Assembly: GCA_023484515.1 (NCBI GenBank)
Contig: JAMDAY010000007.1
Span: 50,179-114,178 of the forward strand
DNA: 64,000 nucleotides
Direction: 5' to 3'
Source: Patescibacteria group bacterium
GTDB taxonomy: Bacteria > Patescibacteriota > Doudnabacteria > UBA920
The translations under genes and the position numbers were made by a program. Under the pieces are notes generated by a model. That model made no database searches. It had not been told where the DNA came from and saw nothing but the letters and a program-made list of their open reading frames with translations. Shown piece by piece: positions 1 through 8,618 of this stretch. Each line of letters opens with the position of its first letter. Position 1 is the first letter of the stretch.

Positions 1-938
1 GTTACGGCAATCTCGACGTCTTTCAAATAATGGCTTTCCGCTCCGCGGTTAAATACTTCAAGCGCGCCCTTGTTAAAAGTTTCTATCCCGATTGCAACTT
101 CTTTTAATGTCTTGAGTTGCTTGAGATCTTTTATACTGCACTTTGCGACCGCTTCCGGCCGGCTCATCCCCCGCCAGATTTTACCGGAGTGGAACAAAAA
201 CTGATCGAGACGATAACTTCTTGCCGAGTCGAGCAGAGAAAGATTATCTACTGCCCAAAATCCCTCGTAGCCTTCCAACTGCTTTACGCGAGTTATTTCG
301 TCGATGACACTCGGGTAATCTCGGGCCTTTAACCCTTGAAACATCCGCGATTCGCAATAACCGCAGTAGTAAGGACAGCCGAGCGCTGCCGTATATATCG
401 GATACCAGCCTGCGGAAGCTGAAGCATATCGGCGGTGGGTCTGGCGGTCAATTTGGTCCAGAGCCGGCGTAGGGTAATCTTCGTTAAGAAATCTGTAATC
501 CGGCCGGATATTGCCCTGGGTTTTTGACAAAACAGCATCAACAACGTCAAAACCATGGGCAAATCCTTGGACCACTGCGTCGGCATGCACGCCCCAGCAG
601 GAAAAGTAATCAATACTCAATTGGGCGCACACATTTCCTCCAAGCACGGTGTAGGGGAGGGAAGACCACTGGCTTGCCAGCACCCGCAGCAACTCGCGAA
701 CCACCGGGATATTACGGCGGGTATGGCAGCTAATAGCCAAAATATCGGGCTTGGATGCAGGCAGGAATCGCTGCCAATCCTCTTGAAATACCAGGTCAAG
801 AGTGCTCACTACTTGCTTATGCTGCTGCAGCCGCGCCGCAAAGGTCAAAGCACCTACCGGCAGCATTGCTTTATGCGGCAACACCGCCTTATTGCCTTCC
901 CCCAAGACGTAAGGGGGAATTATCAACAGGATGTTCAT
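1..938 (-). CDS. Cobalamin-binding-domain radical SAM protein (3' end outside window; absent from ORF track)
   Basis: Manual translation from ATG at 938: MNILLIIPP...LAISCHT...VLGG (B12-binding-type N-terminus), GCPYYCGYC (CxxxCxxC), later IGIETFN; no stop before position 1; SD AGGAGGGG upstream. Confidence 0.85.
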   Translation of the reverse strand, partial: MNILLIIPPYVLGEGNKAVLPHKAMLPVGALTFAARLQQHKQVVSTLDLVFQEDWQRFLPASKPDILAISCHTRRNIPVVRELLRVLASQWSSLPYTVLGGNVCAQLSIDYFSCWGVHADAVVQGFAHGFDVVDAVLSKTQGNIRPDYRFLNEDYPTPALDQIDRQTHRRYASASAGWYPIYTAALGCPYYCGYCESRMFQGLKARDYPSVIDEITRVKQLEGYEGFWAVDNLSLLDSARSYRLDQFLFHSGKIWRGMSRPEAVAKCSIKDLKQLKTLKEVAIGIETFNKGALEVFNRGAESHYLKDVEIAV

Positions 939-989
939 AACACTTCCCCTCCTTGGGGAAGAAAAGAACTATTTTTGTTTTAACAATCG

Positions 990-1063
990 ATTTTGCCACT
1001 AAATAAAGCATATGTCAATATATTTCGTCGTTTATTGACGAGCCGTGTTATATTTGATAATAT
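990..1063. promoter_or_regulatory. Divergent sigma70-type promoters with palindromic operator candidate
   Basis: Minus strand TTGACA(1018-1013)-17-CAAAAT(995-990); plus strand TTGACG at 1035; palindrome TCGTC-N7-GACGA at 1025-1041. Confidence 0.6.
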
Positions 1064-1112
1064 TTGATTGATATTTTATTGTTTTTCTGACGACGAATTT
1101 TTAGTCATAATT

Positions 1113-1856
1113 ATGAAGCTGGGTCAATTGCTACGAAAATTAGGTTTTTCCAATAACGAGGCCAATGTTTATTTGGCCGCTTTGGAACTGGGACTTTCCA
1201 GCGCCCAAGACATCGCGGAAAAAGCCGGAATCAAAAGAACTACCGGTTATTCCGTATTATCTTATTTGACCAATCGGGGAGTGGTAGCCAAAACCAAGAT
1301 CAAAGGCAAAAACAGATTTCTGGCCGAACCTCCCGAAAGACTTTTAACGCTAATCAATGAGCTGGAAAAAGGCATCAAGCAAGCCTTACCTGAATTGACC
1401 GCCATTTACAACAAAAAGGAAACCAAACCGAAAATTACCTTTTACGAAGGCCCGCATGCCGTGCAAAAAGTTTATGACGACACGCTGGCGGAAAAACCCC
1501 AAGAAATTTTGGAGTGGAATACCAACGCCTATTTTGAAGGCAAAACTAACGTTGACCCGGATTATATTAAAAAACGCGTGGCCTTAAACATCAGCGCACG
1601 CCGGATTGCCGGCAAAGGCAGCATGTGGGACACTAAACATAGGTATTTGGATGAAAAAGAATTATCACAAACCGCAATAATACCCAAAGAACAATTTAAC
1701 CCGCAAATCGAAGTAAATATTTACAACAATAAGATCGCCTTCCTAAATTATGCCGAAAGTATGTCGGTTATAATAGAGTCCAAGGCCATTGCCGAGGCTA
1801 TGAGGCAGGTTTACGAGCTTTCGTGGAAGGGCGCCAAGGCGGTGGAAATAAAGTAG
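1113..1856 (+). CDS. TrmB-family HTH transcriptional regulator (paralog 1)
   Basis: LGFSNNEANVYLAALELG...IAEKAGIKRTTGYSVL winged HTH, KPKITFYEG linker, EVNIYNNKIA C-terminal domain; start placed at ATG 1113. Confidence 0.88.
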   Translation: MKLGQLLRKLGFSNNEANVYLAALELGLSSAQDIAEKAGIKRTTGYSVLSYLTNRGVVAKTKIKGKNRFLAEPPERLLTLINELEKGIKQALPELTAIYNKKETKPKITFYEGPHAVQKVYDDTLAEKPQEILEWNTNAYFEGKTNVDPDYIKKRVALNISARRIAGKGSMWDTKHRYLDEKELSQTAIIPKEQFNPQIEVNIYNNKIAFLNYAESMSVIIESKAIAEAMRQVYELSWKGAKAVEIK

Positions 1857-1931
1857 GACGCCGTAAATAATATTTCCCTTGCCTCCTACCCCTATATTTG
1901 CGCAAATAAAAAAGAGAGAACTGGGTTATCC

Positions 1932-1975
1932 ATAAATAACTGCCGATTTACTAAAGTAAATCGGCAGTTATTTAT
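1932..1975. terminator. Bidirectional intrinsic terminator
   Basis: Perfect hairpin ATAAATAACTGCCGATTTACT-AA-AGTAAATCGGCAGTTATTTAT between convergent genes. Confidence 0.75.
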
Positions 1976-2565
1976 TACCACATCCTGTCCCAGAATTTTT
2001 TTAATTTGCCGGAAACGACAAAATGTTCAAAGAGTATGAATAGGATTAACAAGCCCAGCAGGCCGAATTCCAAGTAGTGCAAGTAATGCTGGAATAAATA
2101 AAAAACCGGCAGGCTAATGGTGTATCCTACGCCAAATAAGATTAACACCCACCAGACCAGCACCGGCACGGAAATTTTTAAAAACTTTTTCAGCGGCACG
2201 CCCATGGCAGCCACCCTGACCAGGGAACTGCGATGGATGCCGTATATAAACTTAGTGACAAACAAGGCCAGTTTGGGCCTTTTTTCAAAATGCCGGTCAA
2301 ACTGGCTGCCGGCTTTGGTCAGCCATGACCAGACCAGCGAATTATTATTCCTCAACTTTAACCCGGCCCAAAATAAAATTAGCTGTTCGCCAAACCCTCC
2401 GACAGTGCAGGCCAGTATCGCGTAAAAAGGGTTTAAAACTCCGCCGCTGGAAAGGAAACCGGCAACCAGCAGGGTAATATTCCCGTCCAAAACCATGGCA
2501 ACCGCCACTCCCGCATACAGCCACTGCCCCCAGGAATTAATATAATTGGCAATAAAAGAATCCAT
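1975..2565 (-). CDS. DedA/VTT-family membrane protein
   Basis: Hydrophobic, LLVAGFL, FWAG and FVTKFIYGIH motifs resembling DedA. Confidence 0.75.
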   Translation of the reverse strand: MDSFIANYINSWGQWLYAGVAVAMVLDGNITLLVAGFLSSGGVLNPFYAILACTVGGFGEQLILFWAGLKLRNNNSLVWSWLTKAGSQFDRHFEKRPKLALFVTKFIYGIHRSSLVRVAAMGVPLKKFLKISVPVLVWWVLILFGVGYTISLPVFYLFQHYLHYLEFGLLGLLILFILFEHFVVSGKLKKFWDRMW

Positions 2566-2586
2566 CTTTTATATTCTAACACGGAT

Positions 2587-4110
2587 TTAGAATCCATGGA
2601 GGATTTCTATTTTTGCACCCAATTTTTTCAAACGATTGGCCAAATCTTCATAACCGCGGTTAATGGAATAGACGTTACGCAAAATTGACGTGCCTTTGGC
2701 GGCCAGCATGGCAATTAAAATAATGGCGGCCGGCCGCAAGGCCGGCGGGCAGATAATTTCCGCGCCGCGCAACTCAGTGGGGCCTTCAATATACACGCGG
2801 TGGGGATCGGCTAAAATTATATTAGTGCGCAGCTTGTTAAGCTCCATGTAATAAATAGCGCGGTTTTCATAAACCCAGTCATGAACAAGCGTGGTTCCGC
2901 TTGCCTGGGTGGCAATAGGCACAAAAAACGGCAAATTGTCTATGTTTAAGCCGGGAAACGGCCGGGCGTAAATTTTTTCCTCCAAGGCCATAAGCTTGCC
3001 CGGAAACGTCTTAATGTCCGCCAAATTAGTAAAGCCATTCCTGCTTTTATAACGTTTTAAAATCTTAAACTTAAAGCCCATTTTTTCCAGTTTCAGCAGC
3101 TCCAATTCCAAAAAATCCAGAGGACAGCGCTGTATGGTAATGGAAGAATTGGTAGTCGCGGCCAAAGACAAGAACATCATGGACTCTATGGGGTCTTCGC
3201 TTAAATAATAAGTTACCGGCTGGCATAAATCGGCCTTGCCGTGGACAGTCAAAGTGGTAGTGCCAATTCCTTCTATCTTCACTCCTAAAACCTGCAGAAA
3301 ATAGCACAAATCCTGCACCATATAATTGGACGAAGCAAACTTAATGACTGTTTTGCCGGGAATTTTACTGGCTGCCATAATTGCATTTTCCGTAACAGTA
3401 TCCCCGGATTCGTATAAAATAATTTCCGCGGGTTTTAAACGCGCTGCCACCACCTGATAACTGCCATGTTCGGTTTTTATGCTAATCCCAAGTTTTTCAA
3501 GGGCAAACAAGTGCGGCCGCACTGTCCTGGCGCCCAATTTGCAGCCGCCGGCCAAAGGCAATTTAAAATTTTTAGACAGATGGACCAGGGGTCCGAGCAG
3601 CATTAGCACGCTCCTGGTTTTAGCGGCGGCTTCCGCATCAATGTTCCCCAAATCTAAAGCTTGCGGAGGAACAACTTCCACGTCGTTGCCGCTCCATTTC
3701 ACTCCCGCCCCAATGCTGGACAAGACTTCCATAATGCGGAAAACTTCCTCAATTTTAGGCACATTCTTCAGCGTGGTTTTGCCCTTATTCAGCAAGCTCG
3801 CACACAGCAGGGCTACCGCTGCGTTTTTGGAAGTGTTGGTGGCTATAGTTCCAGACAGCTTATGGCCGCCCTCTATTTTAAAATTGACCGACTTGTCGGC
3901 CAAAGTAATTATTTCCTGGTTTAACGCCGCGCTGACCTTGGCCAAAGTTTCCGTAGTCAGGTTCTGCTGGCCTTTTTCCATCCTGGCTACCGCGCTTTGG
4001 GAAGTCTTTAAGGCCTTGGCAAATTCTTCCTGGGTCAAACCTTTTAATTCCCTTAATTCCGCAATAAATTTTCCTATTTTTAACTGCTCCCGGTTAATTA
4101 GTGTCTTCAT
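2587..4110 (-). CDS. murA: UDP-N-acetylglucosamine 1-carboxyvinyltransferase with N-terminal XRE HTH
   Basis: SKNAA, GGCKLGAR, PFPGL, INRGYE MurA motifs; N-terminal LTQEEFAKALKTSQSAVARMEKG HTH. Confidence 0.95.
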   Translation of the reverse strand: MKTLINREQLKIGKFIAELRELKGLTQEEFAKALKTSQSAVARMEKGQQNLTTETLAKVSAALNQEIITLADKSVNFKIEGGHKLSGTIATNTSKNAAVALLCASLLNKGKTTLKNVPKIEEVFRIMEVLSSIGAGVKWSGNDVEVVPPQALDLGNIDAEAAAKTRSVLMLLGPLVHLSKNFKLPLAGGCKLGARTVRPHLFALEKLGISIKTEHGSYQVVAARLKPAEIILYESGDTVTENAIMAASKIPGKTVIKFASSNYMVQDLCYFLQVLGVKIEGIGTTTLTVHGKADLCQPVTYYLSEDPIESMMFLSLAATTNSSITIQRCPLDFLELELLKLEKMGFKFKILKRYKSRNGFTNLADIKTFPGKLMALEEKIYARPFPGLNIDNLPFFVPIATQASGTTLVHDWVYENRAIYYMELNKLRTNIILADPHRVYIEGPTELRGAEIICPPALRPAAIILIAMLAAKGTSILRNVYSINRGYEDLANRLKKLGAKIEILHGF

Positions 4111-4114
4111 AAAA

Positions 4115-4169
4115 ATATCATATATGATATATTTATTTCCATAATATCCTTCTATGCCCTTTTTGTCAA
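4115..4169 (-). promoter_or_regulatory. murA promoter and palindromic operator
   Basis: TTGACA-17-TATTAT (4169-4141); perfect 16-bp palindrome ATATCATATATGATAT at 4115-4130, 4 nt before the ATG. Confidence 0.65.
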
Positions 4170-4245
4170 TTGCTGATAATAATATTATATCATTTATGAA
4201 ATAAACCCCGCAGGAAGATGCGGGGTTTAAACAAAGCCTGAAAGG

Positions 4246-4455
4246 CTAAATGTGGAATATTTTTCCGAACAGGTTTTCCAAATAATGGGATTTGTTATTG
4301 GAATAGAACACGGCAAGAACGGCTGCCAAATATACTAAGTTTAAAATTACCACCCTAAGCAGGTCATGCCTGATAATCCGGTATTCGCCCTCGTGGGTTA
4401 AAGACGCCGAAACCGGACCGCCCTGGATATTCGTTTTTTTATGCTTTTTGCTCAT
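4246..4455 (-). CDS. Small membrane protein
   Basis: 69 aa, one TM segment, followed by terminator-like hairpin 4203-4229. Confidence 0.65.
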   Translation of the reverse strand: MSKKHKKTNIQGGPVSASLTHEGEYRIIRHDLLRVVILNLVYLAAVLAVFYSNNKSHYLENLFGKIFHI

Positions 4456-4609
4456 AATAAAAACCTTAAATTTTTATTCTTATGCTATCTTGGTTAAGTA
4501 TAATATTACTCAAATTTCCAGTCAAATTTTTCAGCGAAACAACCATTAAAAATTTTCAGGTTTTTATAATTTGAAATTATCCTGCCAATAATGCTACAAT
4601 ATTTGGGAT

Positions 4610-5095
4610 ATGACATATTCCCAGCTAATTTTACCGGCCCTGATAATAGGACTACTGGCCCTCCTGGCTTCCCTGTATGCCTCCTGGCAAATAATGTCCT
4701 TTAACCGCCTCAGGCGCGACTTATTTACAGGCAGTAACGGGCTGGACCTGGAAAAAACCCTGCGCATTTTGGCACAGGAGCTTAACGGCCTGCGGGAAGA
4801 GCAGGTGTTTTTAGAACAAAGCCTGGAACAATTAAAAAGCGATTCCCGTTTTACCTTGCAGAAAATCGGCTTGGTAAGATTTAATCCTTTTGCCGACGGG
4901 GGAGGCAATTTCAGTTTTTCCCTGGCCTTGCTGGACGGCAATAACAGCGGAGTAGTGCTAACTTCCATGCACGGCAGGCAACAAAACCGCATTTACACGA
5001 AAAAAATTCAGGCGGGAAAGAGCGAAATGGCCTTAACCGAGGAGGAACAACAGGCCATTAGCCTGGCAAACGCAAAACAAAAGCCCGTTTCGTAA
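4610..5095 (+). CDS. DUF4446-like membrane-anchored coiled-coil protein
   Basis: N-terminal TM; KIGLVRFNPFADGGGNFSFSLALLD...RIYTK...LTEEE pattern. Confidence 0.8.
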   Translation: MTYSQLILPALIIGLLALLASLYASWQIMSFNRLRRDLFTGSNGLDLEKTLRILAQELNGLREEQVFLEQSLEQLKSDSRFTLQKIGLVRFNPFADGGGNFSFSLALLDGNNSGVVLTSMHGRQQNRIYTKKIQAGKSEMALTEEEQQAISLANAKQKPVS

Positions 5096-5119
5096 TTAAC
5101 CTAAGAAAGGAAAACGACA

Positions 5120-5536
5120 ATGGAAAAGGATTTAGACGAAAACTTAAGCGCCCAAGCGGAAACCGTAGTCGGCCCTTCCGTTAAAATCCAGGGGGATTTG
5201 AATTCCGAAGGGAATATCAGGATAGAAGGCCAAGTAGCCGGAAAAGTTACGACCAGCCAAAGCGTATTCGTAAACCAGGGGGCGCATATAGCCGCGGATA
5301 TTTTGGCGGGCAATGCCATAGTGGGAGGGGAAGTACAGGGCAATTTAAAAATTTCCGGACATTTGATTCTGCAGTCCACCGCTAAAATTAGCGGAGACAT
5401 TTCCTGCGCCATTTTGCGCGTGGAAGACGGTGCCCAGTTCACCGGCAAATGTGCCATGAACAGCAACGGCAATTCCGCCCACGGCAAAAAAGAAGCCTAT
5501 AACAGGGAAAAAGAACCTGCTTTAGAAACGGAATAG
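5120..5536 (+). CDS. Bactofilin (polymer-forming cytoskeletal protein)
   Basis: ETVVGPSVKIQGDL...IRIEG...GA.FTG beta-helix repeats. Confidence 0.9.
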   Translation: MEKDLDENLSAQAETVVGPSVKIQGDLNSEGNIRIEGQVAGKVTTSQSVFVNQGAHIAADILAGNAIVGGEVQGNLKISGHLILQSTAKISGDISCAILRVEDGAQFTGKCAMNSNGNSAHGKKEAYNREKEPALETE

Positions 5537-5598
5537 CTTTTACGGATTTAATTACTGCTGCCAAAAACCCTGGAGAACGGCATTAACCCGTAAAGCTG

Positions 5599-6441
5599 AT
5601 GTATTATTATATTGTTGACCAAAACCACCTCCCATTGGAAAAATTTGAACGCCTGCAAACCCAGCTGCAAGGGTTGCTGGCGGAATTTAAAATTGCCGGG
5701 GAGGTCGCCCGCGTCACCCCGCTGCGGAACATTACGGACCTGGTTAACACGGCCAGCCAACGGGGAGCTAAAACCCTGGTAGCTTGCGGCAGCGATGACA
5801 CCTTTAACCAGATGCTGGCTGCGCTAAAAGGGCGCGACTTTACGGCCGGCTTTATCCCGTTTGACGAAAATTCCATTTTGGCAAAAATCCTGGGCACGGA
5901 AAACCTGTTTACGGGCGTAAAAACCATTGCGGCCAGAAGGATAGAAAAAATTGACCTGGCCAAAATTTCCGGCAATTACTTTATCAGCTTTCTGGAATTC
6001 GGGGTCATGAGCCAGAACATAAAAGATGCGACCCTGTGGCAAAGCTTAAAACTGCTGTCCAGCGAATCCAAGTCGTTTACCATTAGGATTGACGACTCCT
6101 ATAACGTTACCATAAACGGCCAGGGTGGGCTGGTGGCCAACATCCGTTCCAGTTCCGCGCACAACGAGCGCATTGCCAATCCCACCGACGGTAATTTGGA
6201 CCTGCTCATTCTGGAAAAACTTTCCAAAATGCAGATTCTGGCGCATCGCAAAGCCATTGGCGAAGGCTGCCTGGAAAAAGTCCCGAACACTACGGTAATC
6301 AAGTGCAAAAAAATTGAATTTTTGGAGCCACGGGGCTTTAGCCTGACCATGCTCGGCCGCGTGGTGGCCAAGTTCCCGGCCACCGTTGAAATTATACCGC
6401 AAAGGCTGCGCATGATCGTGGGCAAAAGCCGCACATTTTGA
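5599..6441 (+). CDS. Diacylglycerol kinase-like (YegS/DAGK) protein with degenerate motif
   Basis: LVACGSDDT (canonical GGDGT), IDLAKI, DGNLDL. Confidence 0.75.
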   Translation: MYYYIVDQNHLPLEKFERLQTQLQGLLAEFKIAGEVARVTPLRNITDLVNTASQRGAKTLVACGSDDTFNQMLAALKGRDFTAGFIPFDENSILAKILGTENLFTGVKTIAARRIEKIDLAKISGNYFISFLEFGVMSQNIKDATLWQSLKLLSSESKSFTIRIDDSYNVTINGQGGLVANIRSSSAHNERIANPTDGNLDLLILEKLSKMQILAHRKAIGEGCLEKVPNTTVIKCKKIEFLEPRGFSLTMLGRVVAKFPATVEIIPQRLRMIVGKSRTF

Positions 6442-6499
6442 TTTTGCCCCCAACAAAAGTTAGTATTATAGTTTTTAACGGCCGAAAATAATTATGATA

Positions 6500-7018
6500 C
6501 TATTTTAAATTAAACTTTTTCCTTAAATCCGTATCATTATCCATTTCTTCTACCTTAATTATCCTGATAAAATCAATCAACTTTGTCTCCTGTAAATATT
6601 TTATTGCCTCTCTGTTTAAGGGATAGGGGTTAATGTAAACACTTGCTTGTAGTTTATTGTAGCCATTTTTCTTTAACAGCCATCTAAGTAAGTTGCGCTT
6701 TGCCTTACTTTCCTCAGGGATATCAAACACAACTATCCTCCACTTTCCATCCCAAACGGATGGCTTTTTCATTACTGCCTTTTTCAGCAAAATTTCCAGT
6801 TGCCCTTTTTTTGTGCACTTAATGAATTTTGTATTGTTCTTTTTGACAATTTCTATTAACCCCTGCCTTTCCATTTGCCATACAGAGCTGCAAAATTGCC
6901 GTCGTTTCATTTCCTTAAGCCTCTTGGCAAAATGATACATAGATTCATAAGGACGGGGATATAATTGCGGCTGGCCAGTTAAGGCCTCAAGTAATAAATC
7001 TACAAAACTTGCAAGCAT
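6500..7018 (-). CDS. PaaX-like regulator with Cas2-like domain
   Basis: WDGKWRIVVFDIPE...LQASVYINPY; AT-rich. Confidence 0.8.
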   Translation of the reverse strand: MLASFVDLLLEALTGQPQLYPRPYESMYHFAKRLKEMKRRQFCSSVWQMERQGLIEIVKKNNTKFIKCTKKGQLEILLKKAVMKKPSVWDGKWRIVVFDIPEESKAKRNLLRWLLKKNGYNKLQASVYINPYPLNREAIKYLQETKLIDFIRIIKVEEMDNDTDLRKKFNLK

Positions 7019-7196
7019 AAATTAGTATATTAACGTTTTTATTTCATATTTAAAGTATTTAGCCTTTAATAATTATATCATACAATTATCCGGCCGTATA
7101 TTTTTATGATATTCTATTTTTGCTAAACAATTTACAAAACAAAACCGGCAGTGTTCGCGCATAACCATCCACGCGGATTTTCTGCCGGTTTTTGAT

Positions 7197-7685
7197 TCAT
7201 TCGCAATTTTTGACGGCGCTGCCCGCAGGTAGATGCAAAACAATCCCGAAAATGTCCCTGCCGGGCAGCCCAACAAGGCTTGGATGGGCAAAGCTTGTCT
7301 GGTAATAAAGCAACCAGCCCAGCCGGCCCTTAGGGACGTTAAAGATAATGTCAGCATCTTCGCCGGCAATCTCACTGAACAACCTTTGCTGCCGGGCGCC
7401 ATTGGCATCAACAAAAGTTACTTGCACCTTTCCTTCCCGATAGCAGGCACCCGCCACGTTATCGTAAAGCCTTGCTCCGGGGTTGTTGCGCCATACGGCA
7501 AATTCCATGTCTTCGGCAGAAGGAGGACTGCTCGCTTTGTAAAACACATCTCCCAAATTAACTCCTTGGGGATGCGCCTTAACGTAAGCGTCCCAGCGTC
7601 TTTTGTATTCAGTGGGCGGCAACAGCAGGGCCAACAACACCAGAGCCGCCAAAAAGCCGCCACCAACCGCCAAAATAAGTTTCAT
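7197..7685 (-). CDS. Hypothetical exported/membrane-anchored protein
   Basis: SD GGAGGAG before ATG 7685; hydrophobic N-terminus. Confidence 0.7.
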   Translation of the reverse strand: MKLILAVGGGFLAALVLLALLLPPTEYKRRWDAYVKAHPQGVNLGDVFYKASSPPSAEDMEFAVWRNNPGARLYDNVAGACYREGKVQVTFVDANGARQQRLFSEIAGEDADIIFNVPKGRLGWLLYYQTSFAHPSLVGLPGRDIFGIVLHLPAGSAVKNCE

Positions 7686-7739
7686 ATCTCCTCCAAAGCT
7701 TGCATTTTCCAAATGTCCACTGGTTTTTGCGTCACCAAT

Positions 7740-8075
7740 CTACTCGCGAACGATTCGGTATTTCTCCGTTTCTTCTGCTGCTTTTAGGCTCCGCAGATTC
7801 TCTTTAGCTGCAGCTAGCGCCATCTTGACCAGATCCTCGGTCAGACGCTGCTTTAAGGCCTGCATCTCGGAATTGAAAAAATCTTTTCCGTTGTAATCGA
7901 AGCACCCGCTTCTATCTCCACTCTGCCTGTAAAACACTCCCGAGCTGGCTGCTCCCAAAACCACCCCAACGCCGCCCCATCTAACCTCAACCTCGATGCA
8001 ACGATTAAAATCTAACCATCCGAGGTTGGGATAGTTTGGCGCGTTGCAAACCCACTCCACTTTTACTTCCCACAT
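7740..8075 (-). CDS. Hypothetical protein
   Basis: SD AGGAGG, co-oriented with neighbours. Confidence 0.65.
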   Translation of the reverse strand: MWEVKVEWVCNAPNYPNLGWLDFNRCIEVEVRWGGVGVVLGAASSGVFYRQSGDRSGCFDYNGKDFFNSEMQALKQRLTEDLVKMALAAAKENLRSLKAAEETEKYRIVRE

Positions 8076-8084
8076 ATTAGCCTC

Positions 8085-8504
8085 CTATGTTTCGATTGCT
8101 GGAGAGAATGGTATGCTTTCGCAGCCCCCCAGCACATCCTTTTCTCCATACCCGATGGACAAGCTCTCTTCACTGCGCGGATTGTAGGTATGGCTATGCC
8201 AATCACTGTGTGCAACCAACCACCTTTCCCCGTCAGGCGCAACCACAAACGTGAACCTGGCGCTGCCGGAGTAATCGCTGCTTCTCTGGCGATGATGAAC
8301 TACAAACCCCCGGTAGCCATCTGCAAAAAAAGTAAAAGGAGGAGTACCTCTTATCCACCCTTCTCCTAGACGGGTATCGCCAAGATTCCAGCGATCGACC
8401 TGCGCTAGAATCAGCCGAGCCCTTTCTTCCATCTCCGGCCAATCAACTCTCTTAGTATGGTCATTTTCAAAAACCAGGACTGTTTTAAATCCAACTGCTT
8501 TCAT
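8085..8504 (-). CDS. Hypothetical protein
   Basis: SD GGAGG; first gene of operon divergent from TrmB paralog 2. Confidence 0.65.
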   Translation of the reverse strand: MKAVGFKTVLVFENDHTKRVDWPEMEERARLILAQVDRWNLGDTRLGEGWIRGTPPFTFFADGYRGFVVHHRQRSSDYSGSARFTFVVAPDGERWLVAHSDWHSHTYNPRSEESLSIGYGEKDVLGGCESIPFSPAIET

Positions 8505-8618
8505 CGTTCCTCCAAAAGTGTTGAAATTTGTTACTTTTTTGGTAACAACATAATATAATCCCTTGATTAATTAAAGTAAACAATGCTACAATAAAAGTGT
8601 CATAAATAACAACACTTT

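Noticed and set aside
117-983. Short ORFs listed in the track for this interval
   Set aside because: They overlap the minus-strand radical SAM frame, which has clear motifs and an SD
6500-7018. CRISPR-Cas locus suggested by the Cas2-like domain
   Set aside because: No repeat-spacer array or other cas genes seen; the architecture fits stand-alone PaaX-like proteins
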